Of a DNA stretch of 64,000 nucleotides, positions 24,121 through 38,200 are shown piece by piece (position 1 is the stretch's first letter; each line of letters opens with the position of its first letter). A program made the position numbers and the translations under genes. The stretch covers positions 62,001 to 126,000 of the forward strand of contig NIVC01000969.1 of NCBI GenBank assembly GCA_002269645.1, read 5' to 3'. Below the pieces are notes generated by a model. It saw only the letters and a program-made list of their open reading frames with translations, made no database searches and had not been told where the DNA came from. The stretch is from Macrostomum lignano (taxonomy: Eukaryota).

Positions 24121-26181
24121 CTGAAATCTGATCTGAAAAGGCGACTTGGCTCGGTTGGTGTCCACAACAAAGACAATGTAGTTCTGGCCGGGAAAGCAGG
24201 CGGCAGCGGTGCCGGTCCATTTCTGCTGCCGGCAGGCGTACTGGCAGCCCTCCGTCAGCTGGGGCAGCTCGCCGCGACGGCAGGTGACCACCGGGGCTGG
24301 GCAGACGCGGTAGCGGCGGAGGCGGCAGCCATCATCCAGTTGGAGCCACTCGGAGCTGAACTCGACAGGAGACTGGCGCCACGGCTGCACAGGACAGCCC
24401 TTTGCGTCCAGCGGAATGGGAGTGGATGAGCTGGTGGAGCCTGAAGACGAGGTCGAACCAAAAACAGAGCCGGCAGTTGAAGCAGAGCCGGCAGTTGAAG
24501 CAGAGCCGGCAGTTGAAGCAGAGCCGGCAGTTGAAGCAGAGCCGGCAGTTGAAGCAGAGCCGGCAGTTGAAGCAGAGCCGGCAGTTGAAGCAGAGCCAGC
24601 AGTTGAAGCAGAGCCGGCAGATGAGGCAGAGCCGGCAGTTGAAGCAGAGCCAGCAGTTGAAGCAGAGCCGGCAGATGAGGCAGAGCCGGCAGTTGAAGCA
24701 GAGCCGGCAGTTGAAGCAGAGCCGGCAGATGAGGCAGAGCCGGCAGTTGAAGCAGCGCCGGCAGATAAGGCAGAGCCGGAATTTGAAGCAGAGCCGGCAG
24801 TTGAAGCAGAGCCGGCAGTTGAAGCAGAGCCGGCAGATGAGGCAGAGCCGGCAGATGAGGCAGAGCCGGCAGTTGAAGCAGAGCCAGCAGTTGAAGCAGA
24901 GCCGGCAGATGAGGCAGAGCCGGCAGTTGAAGCAGAGCCGGCAGATGAGGCAGAGCCGGCAGATGAGGCAGAGCCGGCAGTTGAAGCAGAGCCAGCAGTT
25001 GAAGCAGAGCCGGCAGATGAGGCAGAGCCGGCAGTTGAAGCAGAGCCGGCAGTTGAAGCAGAGCCGGCAGATGAGGCAGAGCCGGCAGATGAGGCAGAGC
25101 CGGCAGTTGAAGCAGAGCCAGCAGTTGAAGCAGAGCCGGCAGATGAGGCAGAGCCGGCAGTTGAAGCAGAGCCGGCAGTTGAAGCAGAGCCGGCAGATGA
25201 GGCAGAGCCGGCAGTTGAAGCAGCGCCGGCAGATAAGCCAGAGCCGGAATTTGAAGCAGAGCCGGCAGTTGAAGCAGAGCCGGCAGTTGAAGCAGAGTCA
25301 GCAGTTGAAGCAGAGCCAGCAGTTGAAGCAGAGCCGGCAGATGAGGCAGAGCCGGCAGTTGAAGCAGAGCCGGCAGATGAGGCAGAGCCGGCAGTTGAAG
25401 CAGAGCCGGCAGTTGAAGCAGAGCCGGCAGATGAGGCAGAGCCGGCAGTTGAAGCAGAGCCGGCATATGAAGCAGAGCCGGCAGATGAAGCAGAACCAGC
25501 AGTTGAGCCAGAACCAGTAAGACGGCCAGAACCAGCAGTTGAGCCAGAACCAGTAAGACGGCCAGAACCAGCAGTTGAGCCAGAACCAGTAAGACGGCCA
25601 GAACCAGCAGTTGAGCCAGAACCAGTAAGACGGCCAGAACCAGCAGTTGAGCCAGAACCAGTAAGACGGCCAGAACCAGCAGTTGAGCCAGAACCAGTAA
25701 GACGGCCAGAACCAGCAGTTGAGCCAGAACCAGTAAGACGGCCAGAACCAGCAGTTGAGCCAGAACCAGTAAGACGGCCAGAACCAGCAGTTGAGCCAGA
25801 ACCAGTAAGACGGCCAGAACCAGCAGTTGAGCCAGAACCAGTAAGACGGCCAGAACCAGCAGTTGAGCCAGAACCAGTAAGACGGCCAGAACCAGCAGTT
25901 GAGCCAGAACCAGCAGGCAAGGAGCCGGCAGCAGTAGTAGCAGAGGTTTTAGTGGACGAAAACGAGCTTGAAGACGCCGATGCAGCGGAAGAAGCCGATG
26001 AGGAGGATGTGGAAATGTGGTGGCTCGATTCCATGGCCAGTGCAATCTGTTTGCAGTCAAATTGCTGGCACTGGAGCCACTTGGTTGGCCGGGGCGTCTC
26101 GCGGTAGCCGGCCGGACAGGCTGGACGCTCGGCCGGACAGTCGACGCAGGTGAGGCTGGGGCAGCCGTGAGCGTCAATCAC
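24121..26181 (-). CDS. Exon 3: Cys-rich repeats, ~500-aa S/A/G/T mucin-like VNTR, Cys-rich linker and first strand of the VWA domain
   Basis: Acceptor TTAAACTCAG|GTG and donor TTTCAG|GTGAAC, both phase 0; 2061 nt open; ends [21 protein letters not shown]. Confidence 0.85.
24468..25915. repeat. Coding VNTR: 18-bp units ([12 protein letters not shown]) plus 11 copies of a 36-bp unit ([12 protein letters not shown])
   Basis: Unit lengths are multiples of 3; GTAAGACGGCC recurs every 36 bp from 25517 to 25877. Confidence 0.9.
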
Positions 26182-26271
26182 CTGAGTTTAAGTGGGTTGG
26201 ATGGTGGAGAGCTTTAGGCGTTGCGGGGGGGGGGCTTTTAATAGCGAAGCATTGCTGATTCCAGATTTCCG

Positions 26272-29200
26272 AGGGAGACACAGGTAGACAGGGAACCGAG
26301 AGACACAGGTAGACAGGGAACAGAGAGACACAGGTAGACATTGAACAGAGAGAGAGACACAGGTAGACAGGGAACAGAGAGACACAGGTAGACAGGGAAC
26401 AGAGACAGGTAGACAGGGAACAGAGACAGGTAGACAGGAAACAGAGAGAGACACAGGTAGACAGGGAACAGAGAGAGAGACACAGGTAGACAGGGAACAG
26501 AGAGAGACACAGGTAGACAGGGAACAGAGAGAGAGACACAGGTAGACATTGAACAGAGAGAGAGACACAGGTAGACAGGGAACAGAGAGAGACACAGGTA
26601 GACAGGGAACAGAGAGAGACACAGGTAGACAGGGAACAGAGAGAGACACAGGTAGACAGGGAACAGAGAGAGACACAGGTAGACAGGGAACAGAGAGAGA
26701 GACACAGGTAGACAGGGAACAGAGAGAGACACAGGTAGACAGGGAACAGAGAGAGACACAGGTAGACAGGGAACAGAGAGAGACACAGGTAGACAGGGAA
26801 CAGAGAGAGACACAGGTAGACAGGGAACAGAGACACACAGGTAGACAGGGAACAGAGAGACACAGGTAGACAGGGAACAGAGAGACACAGGTAGACAGGG
26901 AACAGAGAGACACAGGTAGACAGGGAACAGAGAGAGACACAGGTAGACAGGGAACAGAGACACACAGGTAGACAGGGAACAGAGAGAGAGACACAGGTAG
27001 ACAGGGAACAGAGAGACACAGGTAGACAGGGAACAGAGACAGGTAGACAGGGAACAGAGAGAGAGACACAGGTAGACAGGGAACAGAGAGAGACACAGGT
27101 AGACAGGGAACAGAGACAGGTAGACAGGGAACAGAGAGAGAGACACAGGTAGACAGGGAACAGAGAGAGAGAAACAGGTAGACAGGGAACAGAGAGAGAG
27201 ACACAGGTAGACATTGAACAGAGAGAGAGACACAGGTAGACAGGGAACAGAGAGAGACACAGGTAGACAGGGAACAGAGACAGGTAGACAGGGAACAGAG
27301 AGAGAGAGACACAGGTAGACAGGGAACAGAGAGAGACACAGGTAGACATTGAACAGAGAGAGAGACACAGGTAGACAGGGAACAGAGAGAGACACAGGTA
27401 GACAGGGAACAGAGAGAGACACAGGTAGACAGGGAACAGAGACAGGTAGACAGGGAACAGAGAGAGAGACACAGGTAGACAGGGAACAGAGAGAGACACA
27501 GGTAGACAGGGAACAGAGAGAGAGACACAGGTAGACATTGAACAGAGAGAGAGACACAGGTAGACAGGGAACAGAGAGAGACACAGGTAGACAGGGAACA
27601 GAGAGAGAGACACAGGTAGACAGGGAACAGAGAGAGAGACACAGGTAGACATTGAACAGAGAGAGAGACACAGGTAGACAGGGAACAGAGAGAGAGACAC
27701 AGGTAGACAGGGAACAGAGAGAGACACAGGTAGACAGGGAACAGAGAGAGACACAGGTAGACAGGGAACAGAGAGAGACACAGGTAGACAGGGAACAGAG
27801 AGAGACACAGGTAGACAGAGAACAGAGAGAGACACAGGTAGACAGGGAACAGAGACACACAGGTAGACAGGGAACAGAGAGACACAGGTAGACAGGGAAC
27901 AGAGACAGGTAGACAGGGAACAGAGAGAGAGACACAGGTAGACAGGGAACAGAGAGAGACACAGGTAGACAGGGAACAGAGAGAGAGACACAGGTAGACA
28001 TTGAACAGAGAGAGAGACACAGGTAGACAGGGAACAGAGAGAGACACAGGTAGACAGGGAACAGAGAGAGACACAGGTAGACAGGGAACAGAGAGAGAGA
28101 CACAGGTAGGCAGGGAACAGAGAGAGACACAGGTAGACAGGGAACAGAGAGAGACACAGGTAGACAGGGAACAGAGACAGGTAGACAGGGAACAGAGAGA
28201 GAGACACAGGTAGACAGGGAACAGAGAGAGACACAGGTAGACAGGGAACAGAGAGAGAGACACAGGTAGACATTGAACAGAGAGAGACACAGGTAGACAG
28301 GGAACAGAGACACACAGGTAGACAGGGAACAGAGAGAGAGACACAGGTAGACATTGAACAGAGAGAGAGACACAGGTAGACAGGGAACAGAGAGAGAGAC
28401 ACAGGTAGACAGGGAACAGAGACACACAGGTAGACAGGGAACAGAGAGAGAGACACAGGTAGACAGGGAACAGAGACAGGTAGACAGGGAACAGAGAGAG
28501 AGAGACACAGGTAGACAGGGAACAGAGAGAGACACAGGTAGACAGGGAACAGAGAGAGACACAGGTAGACAGGGAACAGAGAGAGAGACACAGGTAGACA
28601 GGGAACAGAGAGAGACACAGGTAGACAGGGAACAGAGAGAGACACAGGTAGACAGGGAACAGAGACAGGTAGACAGGGAACAGAGAGAGAGACACAGGTA
28701 GACAGGGAACAGAGAGAGAGACACAGGTAGACATTGAACAGAGAGAGAGACACAGGTAGACAGGGAACAGAGAGAGACACAGGTAGACAGGGAACAGAGA
28801 GAGAGACACAGGTAGACAGGGAACAGAGAGAGACACAGGTAGACAGGGAACAGAGAGAGACACAGGTAGACAGGGAACAGAGACAGGTAGACAGGGAACA
28901 GAGAGAGAGACACAGGTAGACAGGGAACAGAGAGAGACACAGGTAGACAGGGAACAGAGAGAGAGACACAGGTAGACATTGAACAGAGAGAGAGACACAG
29001 GTAGACAGGGAACAGAGAGAGAGACACAGGTAGACAGGGAACAGAGACACACAGGTAGACAGGGAACAGAGAGAGACACAGGTAGACAGGGAACAGAGAG
29101 ACACAGGTAGACAGGGAACAGAGACAGGTAGACAGGGAACAGAGAGAGAGAGACACAGGTAGACAGGGAACAGAGAGAGACACAGGTAGACAGGGAACAG

Positions 29201-32200
29201 AGAGAGACACAGGTAGACAGGGAACAGAGACAGGTAGACAGGGAACAGAGAGAGAGACACAGGTAGACAGGGAACAGAGAGAGACACAGGTAGACAGGGA
29301 ACAGAGAGAGAGACACAGGTAGACATTGAACAGAGAGAGAGACACAGGTAGACAGGGAACAGAGAGAGAGACACAGGTAGACAGGGAACAGAGGGAGACA
29401 CAGGTAGACAGGGAACAGAGAGAGAGACACAGGTAGACAGGGAACAGAGAGAGACACAGGTAGACAGGGAACAGAGAGAGAGACACAGGTAGACATTGAA
29501 CAGAGAGAGAGACACAGGTAGACAGGGAACAGAGAGAGACACAGGTAGACAGGGAACAGAGAGACACAGGTAGACAGGGAACAGAGAGAGACACAGGTAG
29601 ACAGGGAACAGAGACACAGGTAGACAGGGAAGAGAGACACACAGGTAGACAGGGAAGAGAGACACACAGGTAGACAGGGAACAGAGAGAGAGACACAGGT
29701 AGACAGGGAACAGAGAGAGACACAGGTAGACAGGGAACAGAGAGAGACACAGGTAGACAGGGAACAGAGAGACACAGGTAGACAGGGAACAGAGAGAGAG
29801 ACACAGGTAGACAGGGAACAGAGAGAGACACAGGTAGACAGGGAACAGAGAGAGAGACACAGGTAGACAGGGAACAGAGAGACACAGGTAGACAGGGAAC
29901 AGAGACAGGTAGACAGGGAACAGAGAGAGAGACACAGGTAGACAGGGAACAGAGAGAGACACAGGTAGACAGGGAACAGAGAGAGAGACACAGGTAGACA
30001 TTGAACAGAGAGAGAGACACAGGTAGACAGGGAACAGAGAGAGACACAGGTAGACAGGGAACAGAGAGAGACACAGGTAGACAGGGAACAGAGAGAGAGA
30101 CACAGGTAGACAGGGAACAGAGAGAGAGACACAGGTAGACAGGGAACAGAGAGAGACACAGGTAGACAGGGAACAGAGAGAGACACAGGTAGACAGGGAA
30201 CAGAGAGAGAGACACAGGTAGACATTGAACAGAGAGAGAGACACAGGTAGACAGGGAACAGAGAGAGAGACACAGGTAGACAGGGAACAGAGAGAGACAC
30301 AGGTAGACAGGGAACAGAGACACACAGGTAGACAGGGAACAGAGAGAGAGACACAGGTAGACAGGGAACAGAGAGAGACACAGGTAGACAGGGAACAGAG
30401 ACAGGTAGACAGGGAACAGAGAGAGAGAGACACAGGTAGACAGGGAACAGAGAGAGACACAGGTAGACAGGGAACAGAGAGAGACACAGGTAGACAGGGA
30501 ACAGAGAGAGAGACACAGGTAGACAGGGAACAGAGAGAGACACAGGTAGACAGGGAACAGAGAGAGACACAGGTAGACAGGGAACAGAGAGACACAGGTA
30601 GACAGGGAACAGAGACAGGTAGACAGGGAACAGAGAGAGAGACACAGGTAGACAGGGAACAGAGAGAGACACAGGTAGACAGGGAACAGAGAGAGAGACA
30701 CAGGTAGACAGAACAGAGAGAGAGACACAGGTAGACAGGGAACAGAGAGAGACACAGGTAGACAGGGAACAGAGAGAGACACAGGTAGACAGGGAACAGA
30801 GACAGGTAGACAGGGAACAGAGAGAGAGACACAGGTAGACAGGGAACAGAGAGAGACACAGGTAGACAGGGAACAGAGAGAGACACAGGTAGACAGGGAA
30901 CAGAGAGAGACACAGGTAGACAGGGAACAGAGAGACACAGGTAGACAGGGAACAGAGACAGGTAGACAGGGAACAGAGAGAGAGACACAGGTAGACAGGG
31001 AACAGAGAGAGACACAGGTAGACAGGGAACAGAGAGAGAGACACAGGTAGACAGAACAGAGAGAGAGACACAGGTAGACAGGGAACAGAGAGAGACACAG
31101 GTAGACAGGGAACAGAGAGAGACACAGGTAGACAGGGAACAGAGACAGGTAGACAGGGAACAGAGAGAGAGACACAGGTAGACAGGGAACAGAGAGAGAC
31201 ACAGGTAGACAGGGAACAGAGAGAGACACAGGTAGACAGGGAACAGAGAGACACAGGTAGACAGGGAACAGAGAGAGAGACACAGGTAGACATTGAACAG
31301 AGAGAGAGACACAGGTAGACAGGGAACAGAGAGAGACACAGGTAGACAGGGAACAGAGAGAGAGACACAGGTAGACAGGGAACAGAGAGAGAGACACAGG
31401 TAGACAGGGAACAGAGAGAGACACAGGTAGACAGGGAACAGAGACACACAGGTAGACAGGGAACAGAGAGAGAGACACAGGTAGACAGGGAACAGAGAGA
31501 CACAGGTAGACAGGGAACAGAGACAGGTAGACAGGGAACAGAGAGAGAGAGACACAGGTAGACAGGGAACAGAGAGAGACACAGGTAGACAGGGAACAGA
31601 GAGAGACACAGGTAGACAGGGAACAGAGAGAGAGACACAGGTAGACAGGGAACAGAGAGAGACACAGGTAGACAGGGAACAGAGAGAGACACAGGTAGAC
31701 AGGGAACAGAGAGACACAGGTAGACAGGGAACAGAGACAGGTAGACAGGGAACAGAGAGAGAGACACAGGTAGACAGGGAACAGAGAGAGACACAGGTAG
31801 ACAGGGAACAGAGAGAGAGACACAGGTAGACAGAACAGAGAGAGAGACACAGGTAGACAGGGAACAGAGAGAGACACAGGTAGACAGGGAACAGAGAGAG
31901 AGACACAGGTAGACAGGGAACAGAGAGAGAGACACAGGTAGACAGGGAACAGAGAGAGAGACACAGGTAGACAGGGAACAGAGAGAGAGACACAGGTAGA
32001 CAGGGAACAGAGAGAGACACAGGTAGACAGGGAACAGAGAGAGAGACACAGGTAGACAGGGAACAGAGAGAGACACAGGTAGACAGGGAACAGAGAGAGA
32101 GACACAGGTAGACAGAACAGAGAGAGAGACACAGGTAGACAGGGAACAGAGAGAGACACAGGTAGACAGGGAACAGAGAGACACAGGTAGACAGGGAACA

Positions 32201-35200
32201 GAGAGAGACACAGGTAGACAGGGAACAGAGACACACAGGTAGACAGGGAAGAGAGACACACAGGTAGACAGGGAACAGAGAGAGAGACACAGGTAGACAT
32301 TGAACAGAGAGAGAGACACAGGTAGACAGGGAACAGAGAGAGACACAGGTAGACAGGGAACAGAGAGAGACACAGGTAGACAGGGAACAGAGACAGGTAG
32401 ACAGGGAACAGAGAGAGAGACACAGGTAGACAGGGAACAGAGAGAGACACAGGTAGACAGGGAACAGAGAGAGACACAGGTAGACAGGGAACAGAGAGAG
32501 ACACAGGTAGACAGGGAACAGAGAGACACAGGTAGACAGGGAACAGAGACAGGTAGACAGGGAACAGAGAGAGAGACACAGGTAGACAGGGAACAGAGAG
32601 AGACACAGGTAGACAGGGAACAGAGAGAGAGACACAGGTAGACAGAACAGAGAGAGAGACACAGGTAGACAGGGAACAGAGAGAGACACAGGTAGACAGG
32701 GAACAGAGAGAGACACAGGTAGACAGGGAACAGAGACAGGTAGACAGGGAACAGAGAGAGAGACACAGGTAGACAGGGAACAGAGAGAGACACAGGTAGA
32801 CAGGGAACAGAGAGAGACACAGGTAGACAGGGAACAGAGAGAGACACAGGTAGACAGGGAACAGAGAGAGAGACACAGGTAGACAGAACAGAGAGAGAGA
32901 CACAGGTAGACAGGGAACAGAGAGAGACACAGGTAGACAGGGAACAGAGAGAGAGACACAGGTAGACAGAACAGAGAGAGAGACACAGGTAGACAGGGAA
33001 CAGAGAGAGACACAGGTAGACAGGGAACAGAGACACACAGGTAGACAGGGAACAGAGAGAGAGACACAGGTAGACAGGGAACAGAGAGACACAGGTAGAC
33101 AGGGAACAGAGACAGGTAGACAGGGAACAGAGAGAGAGAGACACAGGTAGACAGGGAACAGAGAGAGACACAGGTAGACAGGGAACAGAGAGAGACACAG
33201 GTAGACAGGGAACAGAGAGAGAGACACAGGTAGACAGGGAACAGAGAGAGACACAGGTAGACAGGGAACAGAGAGAGACACAGGTAGACAGGGAACAGAG
33301 AGACACAGGTAGACAGGGAACAGAGACAGGTAGACAGGGAACAGAGAGAGAGACACAGGTAGACAGGGAACAGAGAGAGACACAGGTAGACAGGGAACAG
33401 AGAGAGAGACACAGGTAGACAGAACAGAGAGAGAGACACAGGTAGACAGGGAACAGAGAGAGACACAGGTAGACAGGGAACAGAGAGAGAGACACAGGTA
33501 GACAGGGAACAGAGAGAGAGACACAGGTAGACAGGGAACAGAGAGAGAGACACAGGTAGACAGGGAACAGAGAGAGAGACACAGGTAGACAGGGAACAGA
33601 GAGAGACACAGGTAGACAGGGAACAGAGAGAGAGACACAGGTAGACAGGGAACAGAGAGAGACACAGGTAGACAGGGAACAGAGAGAGAGACACAGGTAG
33701 ACAGGGAACAGAGAGAGAGACACAGGTAGACAGGGAACAGAGAGAGACACAGGTAGACAGGGAACAGAGAGAGACACAGGTAGACAGGGAACAGAGAGAG
33801 ACACAGGTAGACAGGGAACAGAGAGACACAGGTAGACAGGGAAGAGAGACACAGGTAGACAGGGAAGAGAGACACACAGGTAGACAGGGAACAGAGAGAG
33901 AGACACAGGTAGACAGGGAACAGAGAGAGACACAGGTAGACAGGGAACAGAGAGAGACACAGGTAGACAGGGAACAGAGAGACACAGGTAGACAGGGAAC
34001 AGAGAGAGAGACACAGGTAGACAGGGAACAGAGAGAGACACAGGTAGACAGGGAACAGAGAGAGAGACACAGGTAGACAGGGAACAGAGAGAGACACAGG
34101 TAGACAGGGAACAGAGACAGGTAGACAGGGAACAGAGACACAGGTAGACAGGGAACAGAGAGAGAGACACAGGTAGACAGGGAACAGAGAGAGACACAGG
34201 TAGACAGGGAACAGAGAGAGAGACACAGGTAGACAGGGAACAGAGAGAGAGACACAGGTAGACAGGGAACAGAGAGAGACACAGGTAGACAGGGAACAGA
34301 GAGAGACACAGGTAGACAGGGAACAGAGAGAGAGACACAGGTAGACAGGGAACAGAGAGAGACACAGGTAGACAGGGAACAGAGAGAGAGACACAGGTAG
34401 ACAGGGAACAGAGAGAGAGACACAGGTAGACAGGGAACAGAGAGAGACACAGGTAGACAGGGAACAGAGAGAGAGACACAGGTAGACAGGGAACAGAGAG
34501 AGAGACACAGGTAGACAGGGAACAGAGAGAGAGACACAGGTAGACAGGGAACAGAGAGAGAGACACAGGTAGACAGGGAACAGAGAGAGAGACACAGGTA
34601 GACAGGGAACAGAGAGAGAGACACAGGTAGACAGGGAACAGAGAGACACAGGTAGACAGGGAACAGAGAGAGAGACACAGGTAGACAGGGAACAGAGAGA
34701 GACACAGGTAGACAGGGAACAGAGACACAGGTAGACAGGGAACAGAGAGAGAGACACAGGTAGACAGGGAACAGAGAGAGACACAGGTAGACAGGGAACA
34801 GAGAGAGACACAGGTAGACAGGGAACAGAGAGAGAGACACAGGTAGACAGGGAACAGAGAGAGACACAGGTAGACAGGGAACAGAGAGAGACACAGGTAG
34901 ACAGGGGACAGAGAGACACAGGTAGACAGGGAACAGAGACACAGGTAGACAGGGAACAGAGAGAGAGACACAGGTAGACAGGGAACAGAGAGAGACACAG
35001 GTAGACAGGGAACAGAGAGAGAGACACAGGTAGACATTGAACAGAGAGAGAGACACAGGTAGACAGGGAACAGAGAGAGACACAGGTAGACAGGGAACAG
35101 AGAGACACAGGTAGACAGGGAACAGAGACAGGTAGACAGGGAACAGAGAGAGAGACACAGGTAGACAGGGAACAGAGACACAGGTAGACAGGGAACAGAG

Positions 35201-38200
35201 AGAGACACAGGTAGACAGGGAACAGAGAGAGAGACACAGGTAGACAGGGAACAGAGAGAGACACAGGTAGACAGGGAACAGAGAGAGACACAGGTAGACA
35301 GGGAACAGAGAGAGACACAGGTAGACAGGGAACAGAGAGAGACACAGGTAGACAGGGAACAGAGAGAGAGACACAGGTAGACAGGGAACAGAGAGAGACA
35401 CAGGTAGACAGGGAACAGAGAGAGACACAGGTAGACAGGGAACAGAGAGAGACACAGGTAGACAGGGAACAGAGAGAGAGACACAGGTAGACAGGGAACA
35501 GAGAGAGAGACACAGGTAGACAGGGAACAGAGAGAGAGACACAGGTAGACAGGGAACAGAGAGAGAGACACAGGTAGACAGGGAACAGAGAGAGAGACAC
35601 AGGTAGACAGGGAACAGAGAGAGAGACACAGGTAGACAGGGAACAGAGAGAGAGACACAGGTAGACAGGGAACAGAGAGAGAGACACAGGTAGACAGGGA
35701 ACAGAGAGACACAGGTAGACAGGGAACAGAGAGAGAGACACAGGTAGACAGGGAACAGAGAGAGACACAGGTAGACAGGGAACAGAGACAGGTAGACAGG
35801 GAACAGAGAGAGAGACACAGGTAGACAGGGAACAGAGAGAGACACAGGTAGACAGGGAACAGAGAGAGACACAGGTAGACAGGGAACAGAGAGAGAGACA
35901 CAGGTAGACAGGGAACAGAGAGAGACACAGGTAGACAGGGAACAGAGAGAGACACAGGTAGACAGGGAACAGAGAGACACAGGTAGACAGGGAAGAGAGA
36001 CAGGTAGACAGGGAACAGAGAGAGAGACACAGGTAGACAGGGAACAGAGAGAGACACAGGTAGACAGGGAACAGAGAGAGAGACACAGGTAGACAGAACA
36101 GAGAGAGAGACACAGGTAGACAGGGAACAGAGAGAGACACAGGTAGACAGGGAACAGAGAGAGACACAGGTAGACAGGGAACAGAGACAGGTAGACAGGG
36201 AACAGAGAGAGAGACACAGGTAGACAGGGAACAGAGAGACACAGGTAGACAGGGAACAGAGAGAGAGACACAGGTAGACAGGGAACAGAGAGAGAGACAC
36301 AGGTAGACAGGGAACAGAGAGAGACACAGGTAGACAGGGAACAGAGAGAGACACAGGTAGACAGGGAACAGAGAGAGACACAGGTAGACAGGGAACAGAG
36401 AGAGAGACACAGGTAGACAGGGAACAGAGAGAGACACAGGTAGACAGGGAACAGAGAGAGACACAGGTAGACAGGGAACAGAGAGAGACACAGGTAGACA
36501 GGGAACAGAGAGAGACACAGGTAGACAGGGAACAGAGAGAGACACAGGTAGACAGGGAACAGAGAGAGACACAGGTAGACAGGGAACAGAGAGAGACACA
36601 GGTAGACAGGGAACAGAGACAGGTAGACAGAGAGAGAGACACAGGTAGACAGGGAACAGAGAGAGACACAGGTAGACAGGGAACAGAGAGAGAGACACAG
36701 GTAGACAGGGAACAGAGAGAGACACAGGTAGACAGGGAACAGAGAGAGACACAGGTAGACAGGGAACAGAGAGAGAGACACAGGTAGACAGGGAACAGAG
36801 AGAGACACAGGTAGACAGGGAACAGAGAGAGACACAGGTAGACAGGGAACAGAGAGAGACACAGGTAGACAGGGAACAGAGAGACACACAGGTAGACAGG
36901 GAACAGAGAGAGAGACACAGGTAGACAGGGAACAGAGAGAGACACAGGTAGACAGGGAACAGAGAGAGACACAGGTAGACAGGGAACAGAGAGAGACACA
37001 GGTAGACAGGGAACAGAGAGAGAGACACAGGTAGACAGGGAACAGAGAGAGACACAGGTAGACAGGGAACAGAGAGAGAGACACAGGTAGACAGGGAACA
37101 GAGAGAGACACAGGTAGACAGGGAACAGAGAGAGACACAGGTAGACAGGGAACAGAGAGAGACACAGGTAGACAGGGAACAGAGAGAGAGACACAGGTAG
37201 ACAGGGAACAGAGAGAGACACAGGTAGACAGGGAACAGAGAGAGACACAGGTAGACAGGGAACAGAGAGAGAGACACAGGTAGACAGGGAACAGAGAGAG
37301 ACACAGGTAGACAGGGAACAGAGAGAGAGACACAGGTAGACAGGGAACAGAGAGAGACACAGGTAGACAGGGAACAGAGAGAGACACAGGTAGACAGGGA
37401 ACAGAGAGAGACACAGGTAGACAGGGAACAGAGAGAGAGACACAGGTAGACAGGGAACAGAGAGAGACACAGGTAGACAGGGAACAGAGAGAGAGACACA
37501 GGTAGACAGGGAACAGAGAGAGAGACACAGGTAGACAGGGAACAGAGAGAGAGACACAGGTAGACAGGGAACAGAGAGAGACACAGGTAGACAGGGAACA
37601 GAGAGAGACACAGGTAGACAGGGAACAGAGACACAGGTAGACAGGGAACAGAGAGAGAGACACAGGTAGACAGGGAACAGAGAGAGACACAGGTAGACAG
37701 GGAACAGAGAGAGAGACACAGGTAGACAGGGAACAGAGAGAGACACAGGTAGACAGGGAACAGAGAGAGAGACACAGGTAGACAGGGAACAGAGAGAGAC
37801 ACAGGTAGACAGGGAACAGAGAGAGACACAGGTAGACAGGGAACAGAGAGAGACACAGGTAGACAGGGAACAGAGAGAGACACAGGTAGACAGGGAACAG
37901 AGAGAGACACAGGTAGACAGGGAACAGAGAGAGACACAGGTAGACAGGGAACAGAGAGAGACACAGGTAGACAGGGAACAGAGAGAGAGACACAGGTAGA
38001 CAGGGAACAGAGAGAGACACAGGTAGACAGGGAACAGAGAGAGAGACACAGGTAGACAGGGAACAGAGAGAGACACAGGTAGACAGGGAACAGAGAGAGA
38101 CACAGGTAGACAGGGAACAGAGAGAGACACAGGTAGACAGGGAACAGAGAGAGACACAGGTAGACAGGGAACAGAGAGAGACACAGGTAGACAGGGAACA

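Noticed and set aside
24255-26177. Overlapping EAEPAV (563 aa, +), KQSRQL (+) and ALLQLP (-) ORFs
   Set aside because: These are shadow frames of the 18-bp coding repeat; only the AGSAST frame links the Cys repeats to the VWA domain through valid splice sites.
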